A stretch of 32,050 bases of DNA, from sequence record SRR20825010_3850; one strand, 5' to 3'. The position numbers and the translations under genes are program-made. This document shows, one piece after another, positions 7,734 to 16,792 of the stretch. Within the stretch, counting starts at the first letter, position 1. Each line of letters begins with the position of its first letter. The notes below the pieces were generated by a model. It saw nothing but the letters and a program-made list of their open reading frames with translations. It had not been told where the DNA came from and did not search any database.

Positions 7734-9272
7734 TCAAACTGAGTTTTTCTGATGACGTTTTCGCTTTGATGACACCCAGGGGCGCATAACCATGAAGTAG
7801 AAGAACACCGCAATCAGCCCGAGAAAGAACAGGCTATCCGGACTGGTGAAGAAAATGGACGGACTTCCGTCAGTGATGGCTAGACTTCGTCTCATATAAA
7901 CCTCAAGGTCTGGCCCAAGAATGAAACCTAGCAGGAAGGAGACCATGGGATATCCGCTGCGTTGCATGAAATAGGCGCAGATTCCTACGACAAGCGCCGC
8001 CCCCATTTGAAACACGGAAAAAGTCGATACATATGCACCGACCATTGCAATAACCGCGATGCCCGAGAACAGTACTGCCTTATTGATCGAAACCAATCGC
8101 ATATACCACGGGCCAAGAAACAAAAGCGTGATCGGTATCAGCAACGCCGCAACCAGCAAGGCCGCCATCATCGGGGTCACGACGGCGAATTGCTCGGTCA
8201 TCATTTGTGGCCCCGGTTGCAGACCGTTGATGATCAGCACCCCCAAGATCACGGCCGAAGTTGTATCGCCTGGAATCCCGAAGGTCAGCATCGGAACCAA
8301 CGACCCACCGCACATCGCATTGTTTGCACCTTCCGCGGCAGCGATGCCTTCAATTGAGCCGTCATTGTATTCTTCCGGTCGCGAAGAACTGCGCTTTGCC
8401 TCGGCGTAAGAAACAAACGCCGCACTGCTGCCGCCTGCACCCGGCAGCACGCCGACAAAGTAACCGATCATGGCAAACTTGATATATCGGTAGGTGCCGA
8501 TCAACCCATAGTCGGCCCCGCGTGGCATGAAATCGCGCCAGCTCCATCTGACCTTTTCCGGCAGGCTTTCTAGCGTATCGTGTTTTTTCCCTGAGTTGGC
8601 TGTGACCTGAACGAACAATTCGCTGATCGCAAAGGCGCCGATGATGACTGCCATCAGGTCGATACCTTCAACTAATGCGGGAAATCCAAAGATTTGACGT
8701 GCTTTGGAGCTTGCCACATCAATACCGATGGTCGCGACCATGAGGCCCAGCAATGTGGCCACGATCCCTTTGGAGATGGATTGATCGTTCGAGATAATAA
8801 TCACGAAAAAGGCGAACAGGATCAGTGAAAACTTTCCTGGCGTTTGCACGTAAAGTGCTGCCTGCGCCATGACGGGTGCCAACCCCATCAGCAAAATAGC
8901 ACCGACCACGCCGCCCATCATCGAGGCTAACGCCGCACTGCGCAGCGCGCGTGCGCCGTCGCCACGCCGCATTAGGATATTTCCTTCATAGGCGGTCATG
9001 ACGGCGCAGGGTGCACCGGGGATGTTCACCGTAATCGCAGTGATGCTGCCGCCATATTGTCCACCCATGAAAATCGCGGAACACATAACAAGGGATGAGG
9101 TCACATCCATCGAATAGGTGATCGGTAGGATCAGCGCGATCGCTAGCGTGCCGGTCAGGCCGGGGATCGCGGCAAAAATCGTTCCGATCAGAAACCCGGC
9201 CACCAGATAACCGAACACCGCAGGTTCTGCGATCGTCTGAAATCCGCCGACAACGTGCAGAAATTGCTCCAT
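7734..9272 (-). CDS. tctA: Tripartite tricarboxylate transporter large permease
   Basis: 512 aa polytopic; IPGL...GGQYGGSITAI.VNIPGAP, GVLPGAGG, AAAEGANNA, PMLTFGIPG, GLQPGP. Confidence 0.93.
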   Translation of the reverse strand: MEQFLHVVGGFQTIAEPAVFGYLVAGFLIGTIFAAIPGLTGTLAIALILPITYSMDVTSSLVMCSAIFMGGQYGGSITAITVNIPGAPCAVMTAYEGNILMRRGDGARALRSAALASMMGGVVGAILLMGLAPVMAQAALYVQTPGKFSLILFAFFVIIISNDQSISKGIVATLLGLMVATIGIDVASSKARQIFGFPALVEGIDLMAVIIGAFAISELFVQVTANSGKKHDTLESLPEKVRWSWRDFMPRGADYGLIGTYRYIKFAMIGYFVGVLPGAGGSSAAFVSYAEAKRSSSRPEEYNDGSIEGIAAAEGANNAMCGGSLVPMLTFGIPGDTTSAVILGVLIINGLQPGPQMMTEQFAVVTPMMAALLVAALLIPITLLFLGPWYMRLVSINKAVLFSGIAVIAMVGAYVSTFSVFQMGAALVVGICAYFMQRSGYPMVSFLLGFILGPDLEVYMRRSLAITDGSPSIFFTSPDSLFFLGLIAVFFYFMVMRPWVSSKRKRHQKNSV

Positions 9273-9820
9273 TAGTTCAGTAATCCCATTCTTGGAAGTT
9301 GGATGCCGAAGAGTACGGCAAAGAACAGATAGGTAAGCAGACTGATGCCCGCGGCGACGACAAGGTTAAGCACGACGCCACGAATGCCCTTCGACCAGCC
9401 GAACTGGAACGCCGCCAGCAACCCCAGGGAAAACAGGAACGTGGAGACTGCAAAACCGAGCTGGCGAAAAAACAGAACATAGAGGAATGAAATCGCGACC
9501 ACAGCAACCATGGCAATATGTGCACTGGCGCCTGATGGCGGAGCGGGAGCTTCAAAATCGGGCAACTCCTCCGCAGCCGAGGACGGAGATGTTTTCTTAG
9601 CGGTCGTCTTCTGACGGTTCAGTTGTCCAAAGACAACCGCCAGAAGAGCAAGATACATGGCAACACTCAGGACGATCGGCATGAAGCCTGCGCTTGGTAA
9701 CCCATAGCGGAAAATCGCCCCGTTTCGCAGCGCATCGGAAAGATAAATCGTCGTGGCAATGAAGATGATCAGCGGCAAGATCAATTCGCCAAATTTGAAA
9801 CGCCGGGAATTCTCAGGCAT
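9272..9820 (-). CDS. tctB: Tripartite tricarboxylate transporter small permease
   Basis: 182 aa with 4-5 TM segments, LGFAVST and C-terminal F..LFGIQLP; between tctC and tctA, overlapping the tctA start by 1 nt. Confidence 0.85.
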   Translation of the reverse strand: MPENSRRFKFGELILPLIIFIATTIYLSDALRNGAIFRYGLPSAGFMPIVLSVAMYLALLAVVFGQLNRQKTTAKKTSPSSAAEELPDFEAPAPPSGASAHIAMVAVVAISFLYVLFFRQLGFAVSTFLFSLGLLAAFQFGWSKGIRGVVLNLVVAAGISLLTYLFFAVLFGIQLPRMGLLN

Positions 9821-10029
9821 TACAATTCTCCTATACAGCGTTTCGTGTTCGAACTTGGGGTGCGAGGTATCCCCAACGCGCTGAAATCCATGATTTCAAA
9901 CAGTGTTATGCCATTCAGGTTTAACACGAAGTGCGTTGAGCCGGGCTCTGGCGCGTTGGGCGACCACGTATTGGCCGCCCATTTTGCCATTGCCCAAGGT
10001 TGGGATGGTTTGCGGATTTTGGCCAATCT

Positions 10030-11016
10030 CTATTCGAGAATGCCCTGATCAGTGAGCTCTTCGAGAGTTTTGAAAATCTCGGTTTGGAAATCCATAGCAA
10101 ATTCAGTGACCGTATCACTACCCATCCAGGTTGCCGTTACCCCGACTTTCTTGGCCCAGTCCTGGAACTCATCACTATCCCAGGCCGTTTTTATCGCTTG
10201 CTCCAAAACCTGCTTGGCCTCATCTGGGGTGCCGGCTGGCGTAGCAAACAACAGGAAACTGCCGGTCTGAAGATCCAATCCGACCTCCTCGCTCGTAGGC
10301 ACTTCCGGAAAACCGGGATTTTTGGAAGCGCTGAATTCGACCAGGCCGCGCGCATCACCGGAGGTTAACAGCGGTGCGAAATCGCCAAGGCTGGTGACAG
10401 CAGCATCGACTTCGCCCGACAGAATGCCTTCCTTCTGCCCCGGACTGCCATCGGGATATGCAACGATCCGAAAACGCGTACCGGTCGTTTCCTGAAGCTG
10501 GAGAAGTGTCAGGTGTGTCATTGAGCCAAGGCCCATAATGCCAACGTTGATATTTCCTTCGGCCGCTTTCGCGGCAGAAACAAGATCGTCGAACGTGGAA
10601 TAATCGGTATCACCGCCGACGATCATCGCGTTGGGTTCTGTCGTGACCAGGGAAATCATATCCAGTTTGTCCAGGCTGTAGCCCGGCAAGATCCCTTCCC
10701 ACGGTACGGTCACGACGCTATCATAGGTCAATGCGCCGATGGTATAGCCATCAGCCGGTGAATTCATCAACCGGTTTATGCCTATGGATGTAACACCACC
10801 GTCCAAGTTTTCGACAAAGATCGACACTGGTAATTCGCGTTCTGCAATGCTCATGATCTTGCGAACAATACCATCTGCACCGCCGCCAGCACCCCAAGGC
10901 ACAATGGCCTGAATCGCGCGGTCCGGATATTCGGCCAGTGCCGTCGTTGCGGTTGACAGAGCAAGGACGCTCGCTAAGAGCGTTGTGCCCACAGTCAGTT
11001 CAAATTTTAACCTCAT
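10030..11016 (-). CDS. tctC: Tripartite tricarboxylate transporter substrate-binding protein (Bug/TctC)
   Basis: Signal peptide, then YPDRAIQAIVPWGAGGGAD...VEN..GG...PADGYTI; ATG 11016 after GGAGG. Confidence 0.92.
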   Translation of the reverse strand: MRLKFELTVGTTLLASVLALSTATTALAEYPDRAIQAIVPWGAGGGADGIVRKIMSIAERELPVSIFVENLDGGVTSIGINRLMNSPADGYTIGALTYDSVVTVPWEGILPGYSLDKLDMISLVTTEPNAMIVGGDTDYSTFDDLVSAAKAAEGNINVGIMGLGSMTHLTLLQLQETTGTRFRIVAYPDGSPGQKEGILSGEVDAAVTSLGDFAPLLTSGDARGLVEFSASKNPGFPEVPTSEEVGLDLQTGSFLLFATPAGTPDEAKQVLEQAIKTAWDSDEFQDWAKKVGVTATWMGSDTVTEFAMDFQTEIFKTLEELTDQGILE

Positions 11017-11280
11017 CAACTTTCCTCCCATTTGGTCCAGCGTCAGGCTGGATTTATCTTAGAACGCGTCAACGATTTCATCTAAAAGGGCTTTGGAGAC
11101 AGTTGTGAACTTGTTTTTTTCAACTGCGCACGAGTAATCCCTGCAGATGCAACCAAATTTTGCTGCGTTGATCGTTGTCAATCGGAATCGAGTTTTGCGA
11201 TCTTGCATCACCAAACCCAACAATTAAAGCGATCGATCAAAGTATCCCAAAGCGTCCGGGAAGAGGTACAGCAGCGCCAC

Positions 11281-12498
11281 TCATATAGTGCCTTTCTCAC
11301 GCAGATCTGTAATTTTTTTGGGGTCATAGTTAAGCATTTTGGACAGGATTTCGTCCGTATGCTCGCCCAGCATTGGCGGCGGCAGGCGAACACCAAACTC
11401 ATGGCCTTCCATGCGGATCGGTGTGCGCATTACCTTTGCTTTCACATTTGGCGCAGCGCTGTGGTTAATCTCTTGAACTATACCCCGCGCCTGGATGTGG
11501 GGGTCGTCGAACACTTCGGGGATGGTGTTGATCGGTCCGCAAGGTATCCCGGCCGCCTGCAAATCTGTAAGCCATTGGGCTGAAGGTTTTTTGGCCAATT
11601 CTGCACGAATCTCGATCAAAGCGGCGTCACGATTGGTTAGCCGAAGGGTGTTGGTGACAAAGCGCGGATCATCGGCCAGATTGGGCCGTCCGATGGCCTG
11701 ACAAAGGCGTCGGTACTGACCATCGTTACCCACGGCTAGATTTATGTGGCCGTCAGCGGTGGCGAAGGTCTCATACGGAACGACGTTTGGATGGGCATTG
11801 CCCAAACGCCCCGGATGAACACCACCGACAAGGTAGTTGGACGCCTGATTGTATAACCACGCAGCCTGACAATCGAGCAACGAAATGTCAATGTGCCGCC
11901 CGACACCGGTTTGGTCGCGTTCACGGAGCGCGGCCAAGATAGATACTGCCGCATACATCCCTGACATGATGTCCGAGATCGGCACCCCTACCTTCATAGG
12001 CTGTCCCGCGGCCTCTCCGGTAATGCTCATCAGGCCACCCATGCCCTGAACGACGAAATCGTAGCCGGGCCGCTCGGCATAGGGGCCAGTCTGTCCAAAA
12101 CCCGTGATCGAGCAATAAACAAGACGTGGGTTGCGTGCGTGGACCGACCCCCAATCCAGTCCACGACGCTTGAGATCACCAACCTTGAAATTCTCGACCA
12201 GAACATCGCTTTTATCGATAAGATCATGGATGATTTCAAGGCCATCGTCTGATCCTATATCAACTGTCAAAGACCGCTTGTTACGGTTTGTGGACATGAA
12301 ATAAGCACTTTCGCGGGTGTCGTTTCCATCCCGATCCTTCAGGAAGGGTGGGCCCCATCCGCGAATGTCATCACCGATGCCTGGCCTTTCAATTTTGACG
12401 ACATCCGCCCCCAAATCGCCCAAGGTCTGCGTGCAACTTGGCCCTGCAAGAATGCGCGAGAGATCAAGAACCCGCAGGCCGTCAAGCGGCAAAGTCAT
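11281..12498 (-). CDS. Class III CoA-transferase (CaiB/BaiF family)
   Basis: PLDGLRVLDLSRILAGP, LGDLGADVVKIE, NRNKRS, VENFK, SITGFGQTGPY..RPGYD, catalytic-region ISD, PPMLGEHT. Confidence 0.93.
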   Translation of the reverse strand: MTLPLDGLRVLDLSRILAGPSCTQTLGDLGADVVKIERPGIGDDIRGWGPPFLKDRDGNDTRESAYFMSTNRNKRSLTVDIGSDDGLEIIHDLIDKSDVLVENFKVGDLKRRGLDWGSVHARNPRLVYCSITGFGQTGPYAERPGYDFVVQGMGGLMSITGEAAGQPMKVGVPISDIMSGMYAAVSILAALRERDQTGVGRHIDISLLDCQAAWLYNQASNYLVGGVHPGRLGNAHPNVVPYETFATADGHINLAVGNDGQYRRLCQAIGRPNLADDPRFVTNTLRLTNRDAALIEIRAELAKKPSAQWLTDLQAAGIPCGPINTIPEVFDDPHIQARGIVQEINHSAAPNVKAKVMRTPIRMEGHEFGVRLPPPMLGEHTDEILSKMLNYDPKKITDLREKGTI

Positions 12499-14102
12499 GG
12501 GTTTCCCCTCTGTTCAGAGATGATCACCCCGGGGTTCATAATTGACTTGGGATCAAGTGATTTCTTTGCCGCAGTGAATGCAGCGCCGATTGGCGCCGGG
12601 CGCTGTTTTTCATACCAAGGCATGTGCAGTCTGCCAACGGCATGGTGGTGGGTGATCGTGCCCCCTGCCTTCATCACAGCATCATAGGCGGCGATTTTAA
12701 TTTCCATACACTGCTCGCCCATTCGCTCACGGTCTGGAAGGCAATGGAACGTGAAGTACGGCGCGGGGCCATTGGGATAGACGTGGGTAAAGCGACAAGT
12801 GACGGTGCCCGCCCGACCGGTCACCCGCTTGATCGCTGCATTCACTGTCTCGATGACCGAGCTGTGCAGTTCTTTGAAATTGTTCCAGCACACAGCCGTT
12901 TCAAAGGTCTCACGACATATTCCGCGCGAAGTCATATGCTCACGATAATATGGGCCGCGAATGAAGGCATTGCGCCATTGACCAGCCACGCTGTTGCGTC
13001 CCTGTTCTGTCTCATCCACTGGAGTTCCCCCAAATTCTCGGCACAGATCAACAGTTAAGTCCATCAGCTGATCCACCGGGTAATGTGAGCTTTCATATCC
13101 CAAGACTAGGATGGGACGGCTACCATCGAAAGCTCCGGTCAATTTAGCTTCAAGCGCATCGATGAGGCGGCAGTTCGCTGGGTAAAGTCCAGATTGTGAG
13201 ATCGCACGGACAGCTTCGACGCCCTGATCGTATTCAGCGAAGGTAACTGTCTTGCTTGCCTTGTGCTTGATACGGGACAAGACTCTGATCCAAGCTTCGG
13301 TGATGATTCCAACGGATCCTTCTGTGCCCATCACATAACGGTCGGGTGACGGACCAGCGCCAGAGGCGGGCAAACGGCGGCTTTCGCTGATGCCGCTTGG
13401 CGAAACCATGCGGATATTTTCGACATAATCGTCGATGTAGGTGCCGTGTGTCGCATAGTGACCGGCAGCCCTGGTTGCGATCCAGCCGCCCAGAGTCGAA
13501 AGCTCAAAGCTTTGGGGATAGTGACGCAAAGTGACGTTATGGGTTTTTAGCTGTGTTTCTAGGTCGGGTCCATACACCCCCGCCTGCACACGCGCAGAAC
13601 GCGACACTGGGTCGAATTCCAAAATCTTGTTCAAGTACCACATGTCGATGGTCACCACACCGGCATAGGTTCCGTTGATTTCAGGATTCACACCGCCGAC
13701 GACACTCGATCCGCCGCCAAAAGGAATAACCGCCGCACCAATGTCACCCGCCCAATCGATAAGCGCGCGTACATCCTCTTCATTACGCGGATAAGCAACC
13801 ACATCTGGGGCATTGCGGAAATCACCGCGAAACATCTTGGCGCTGTCAAGAAATGACCGACCGTAGCTATGCAACGCACGCTCATACCGATCTGTGCGGC
13901 AAATATCTTTGATTGCCTCTGGAAAATTGGCAATTCTGCTCTCTGGCATATCGATGGTATCAAGCGTTGGTGCGGCCTTTACGTCGAATGCATCAACCGC
14001 GAAGGTACGGTGCCAAGTATCCAGAACCGGCTTCATCTCTTCGGGTGTGGCGCTTTGATCCTCAAAGCCCCAAGCATAGAATTTTCTACGTCTCTCGGTC
14101 AT
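12495..14102 (-). CDS. FAD-linked oxidoreductase, VAO/PCMH family, alkyl-DHAP-synthase (AgpS)-like
   Basis: PDVVAYP, IPFGGGSSVVGG, RHYPQSFELSTLGGWIATRAAG, GAGPSPD..GTEG, ETFETA, CRFTHVYPNG, ITHHHAVG, LDPKSIMNPG. Confidence 0.88.
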   Translation of the reverse strand: MTERRRKFYAWGFEDQSATPEEMKPVLDTWHRTFAVDAFDVKAAPTLDTIDMPESRIANFPEAIKDICRTDRYERALHSYGRSFLDSAKMFRGDFRNAPDVVAYPRNEEDVRALIDWAGDIGAAVIPFGGGSSVVGGVNPEINGTYAGVVTIDMWYLNKILEFDPVSRSARVQAGVYGPDLETQLKTHNVTLRHYPQSFELSTLGGWIATRAAGHYATHGTYIDDYVENIRMVSPSGISESRRLPASGAGPSPDRYVMGTEGSVGIITEAWIRVLSRIKHKASKTVTFAEYDQGVEAVRAISQSGLYPANCRLIDALEAKLTGAFDGSRPILVLGYESSHYPVDQLMDLTVDLCREFGGTPVDETEQGRNSVAGQWRNAFIRGPYYREHMTSRGICRETFETAVCWNNFKELHSSVIETVNAAIKRVTGRAGTVTCRFTHVYPNGPAPYFTFHCLPDRERMGEQCMEIKIAAYDAVMKAGGTITHHHAVGRLHMPWYEKQRPAPIGAAFTAAKKSLDPKSIMNPGVIISEQRGNP

Positions 14103-14189
14103 AGCTGTCCCCTTAAGGATTTTTTGACATATAATTCGTCAATTAATGCTGTACTGAATTTACTATTTAACTTAATTTATTGACTTACA

Positions 14190-14206
14190 ACTAAGTTATT
14201 CTTAGT
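14190..14206. promoter_or_regulatory. Putative LysR recognition box in the AT-rich divergent promoter
   Basis: ACTAAG-N5-CTTAGT perfect inverted repeat containing T-N11-A (14192/14204), between the divergent oxidoreductase and LysR genes. Confidence 0.55.
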
Positions 14207-14241
14207 CTTTGGCTGAGTTTTTGTTACCTTAGGTTGCGTCG

Positions 14242-15120
14242 ATGGATCCTAAATTACCACCACTAAATGCACTGCGTACTTTCGTCATGGCAGCGCAAAC
14301 AGGAAGTTTTGTCAGCGCTGCTAATGAGCTGAGTGTGACGCCCGCAGCGGTGAGTCGTTCGATTAAATCGCTTGAGGATTATTTGGGGTGCAGCCTTTTT
14401 CGCCGGATGCACCGACAGATATCCTTAACCCGCGAAGGACGGATTTACGCTGATAGTCTAGCCGACGTCTTTGATAAAATTAGTTTGGCCACACATAATC
14501 TTGTCGGAAAAAATGCCGATCGACCCCTTGTTATATGCGCCTACCCCAGCTTCATCGTTAGCTGGCTAGTCCCCCGCTGGTCACGGTATTTGCAATCTCA
14601 TCCAGACGCGCAACTTCGGATTGTCACCACTCTTAGTCATGAGATTCATTTCGAACAGAAGGGCATCGACCTTGCAATACTTTCAGATAGTTTAGAGGAT
14701 CAAAGATATATTTCGTCGCGGTTGTTTGAGACGAATTTGGTTCCGGTATGTCGGCCGGATTATCTCCCGCCTAATACGTTGATCAGCGATGTTGCCGATT
14801 GGCAAAATGCACTTTTACATTGCGAAACCCGGCCCAAAGATTGGGAAAGATGGTCAAATGCAAATGGCATTCATGTTGATACAAAGCGTGGTCAATGGTT
14901 TGAAAACGCGTCGATGATGTACGAAGCAGCCATGAGCGGGCTTGGAATAGCTATCGGAATCGAAGCCCTTCTGGACCGTGAATTCTCGTCAAACCGCCTT
15001 GCCCATGCATTCAGTGATAACAAAGCAATCGTTTGCCCCTTTTCGGTAATCCGACCGAAAGCGACTGAAACCCATCCGTTATTCCCTACCTTCATGTCTT
15101 GGCTACAACAGGAGATTTAG
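14242..15120 (+). CDS. LysR-family transcriptional regulator (GcvA-like)
   Basis: LPPLNALRTF...GSFVSAANELSVTPAAVSRSIKSLEDYLGCSLFRR; WLVPR; AAMSGLGIA; 292 aa. Confidence 0.93.
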   Translation: MDPKLPPLNALRTFVMAAQTGSFVSAANELSVTPAAVSRSIKSLEDYLGCSLFRRMHRQISLTREGRIYADSLADVFDKISLATHNLVGKNADRPLVICAYPSFIVSWLVPRWSRYLQSHPDAQLRIVTTLSHEIHFEQKGIDLAILSDSLEDQRYISSRLFETNLVPVCRPDYLPPNTLISDVADWQNALLHCETRPKDWERWSNANGIHVDTKRGQWFENASMMYEAAMSGLGIAIGIEALLDREFSSNRLAHAFSDNKAIVCPFSVIRPKATETHPLFPTFMSWLQQEI

Positions 15121-15165
15121 AGTGCCCTACCTGTTGTAGGCGGTCAAAATCCGGGGAGCTTCCTG

Positions 15166-16782
15166 TTAACTACTGGCCTGAATTGTCTCGCCAGCAATCA
15201 AACCAATAGCCATGCAGCTCAGATTGGTATTTCCGCTCAGGATTGTTGGCATGATCGACGCATCCACGACACGCAGGTTTTCTACGCCGCGTACCCGCAG
15301 GGCGCTATCAACCACAGAGCTATCATCGTTACCCATGCGACATGTGCCAACGGGGTGATAGACGGTTTCCGCGGTTTTTCTGATCCAGCGACGCACCACC
15401 TCGGGATCGGTGCTTAATGCATCTTTATCAATCGCCTTATCTAGATATGTCCGCATGGCTCCACTTTCGACGACATCCACCATACGGGTAACGCCATCAG
15501 CCAGCATATCAAGATCCTTCGAATGGGACAAAAACCGCGGATCGATAAACGGAGCATCATTCGGATCGGCGGAGGCTAGCCTGATTTCGCCAACACTTTG
15601 TGGGTTGAGCTGGCAAACACGCAAAGCAAAACCGTTCTTTGGATGTTGTTCTCCTTTCGGCGGCCACTTTAACGCCAAGACAAGATGAGTTTGAAATTCA
15701 GCTTGGTCAGGACGATCGGTCCCCCAAAAGGCACCCGCCTCAATCCCTTGTGTCGCAGCACTTCCCGTACCTTTGAGAAGATATTGCGCGCCGGCTAGGG
15801 CGCTGTGGCAAAGGCCCTCGTAGGGTCGAAAATATTTGGTATAAGTGTCAACGCCCTGCGTCGCCCAACGTATTGAACAATCCAGATGGTCACGCAGGTT
15901 CTGACCAACCTCAGGAGCATCAATGATGGGGGTTATCCCCGTTTCGCGCAAATGCGTCGAAGGCCCAATTCCGGACAACATCAAAAGCTGCGGTGTGCCA
16001 ATTGACCCCGCGCTTAAGATTACTTCGCTATCGGCACGGAGCAGTACTTCATCAGAGCCTTTTTTAACTACAACACCACAAGCTGCACCATTCTCTAGGT
16101 GGACCCGCCGTACTGGCAATCCGGACAGAACGGTCAAGTTGCTCCGACCACTCGCTTTCTTAAGGAACATTGACGCGCCATGGCGTTTGCCATACGCGAT
16201 GTTCACATCAAAGTAACCAGCACCCGCCTGATTTTCGCCGTTGAACCCTTCATCGTTTTGCCCAATGCCCGCTTGCTCACAAGCCTCAATATAGGCCTCG
16301 GACAAGGTATGGCCGGTCAATCGCCGCGATAGCTTTATTGGCCCATCCTGTCCGCGCCCGTTACGGCTCACTAGGGGTAGAGCGCTACAATCTTCGATTT
16401 CACGCAAAACCCGATACATGTTTTCGGGCCCCCACTCAGGAGAGGAGACAGCCGCCCATTTTTCGTAATCGCTACGGGCACCCTTGATAGCAATCATAGA
16501 ATTGATGGAAGACGATCCTCCGATCACCTTGCCACGCGGTATATAAATTTTGCGTGCCTCAAGCTCAGGCTGGGCCGTGGTCGAGAATTTCCAGTTATAG
16601 GCCGCGCCATTATAGAGCAGTCGTACCCCGGCAGGCATCCTGATGAGCAAGGATTTATCACTCTTTCCCGCTTCGATCAGCGCCACACGTGCTGTCTCAT
16701 CTCGACTTAGGCGTTCCGCCAAAGCGCATCCGGAAGAGCCCGCGCCGACGATTATATAATCGTAAATTGCACTTTCTTTCAT
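15166..16782 (-). CDS. GMC-family (choline/alcohol dehydrogenase-like) FAD oxidoreductase
   Basis: YDYIIVGAGSSG, RGKVIGGSSSIN, LSAGSIGTPQLLMLSGIG, VGQNLRDH, YHPVGTCRMG, LRVVDASIMP..SGNTN; ATG 16782 with AGGAGA RBS. Confidence 0.93.
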   Translation of the reverse strand: MKESAIYDYIIVGAGSSGCALAERLSRDETARVALIEAGKSDKSLLIRMPAGVRLLYNGAAYNWKFSTTAQPELEARKIYIPRGKVIGGSSSINSMIAIKGARSDYEKWAAVSSPEWGPENMYRVLREIEDCSALPLVSRNGRGQDGPIKLSRRLTGHTLSEAYIEACEQAGIGQNDEGFNGENQAGAGYFDVNIAYGKRHGASMFLKKASGRSNLTVLSGLPVRRVHLENGAACGVVVKKGSDEVLLRADSEVILSAGSIGTPQLLMLSGIGPSTHLRETGITPIIDAPEVGQNLRDHLDCSIRWATQGVDTYTKYFRPYEGLCHSALAGAQYLLKGTGSAATQGIEAGAFWGTDRPDQAEFQTHLVLALKWPPKGEQHPKNGFALRVCQLNPQSVGEIRLASADPNDAPFIDPRFLSHSKDLDMLADGVTRMVDVVESGAMRTYLDKAIDKDALSTDPEVVRRWIRKTAETVYHPVGTCRMGNDDSSVVDSALRVRGVENLRVVDASIMPTILSGNTNLSCMAIGLIAGETIQASS

Positions 16783-16792
16783 TCGTTGTCTC

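Noticed and set aside
11203-11583. Plus-strand 126-aa ORF and similar short ORFs across the catabolic operons
   Set aside because: Antisense or out-of-frame overlaps of well-supported genes.
15166-16782. Calling the GMC enzyme BetA choline dehydrogenase
   Set aside because: Only family-level motifs are visible; no betI, betB-type or choline-transporter context.
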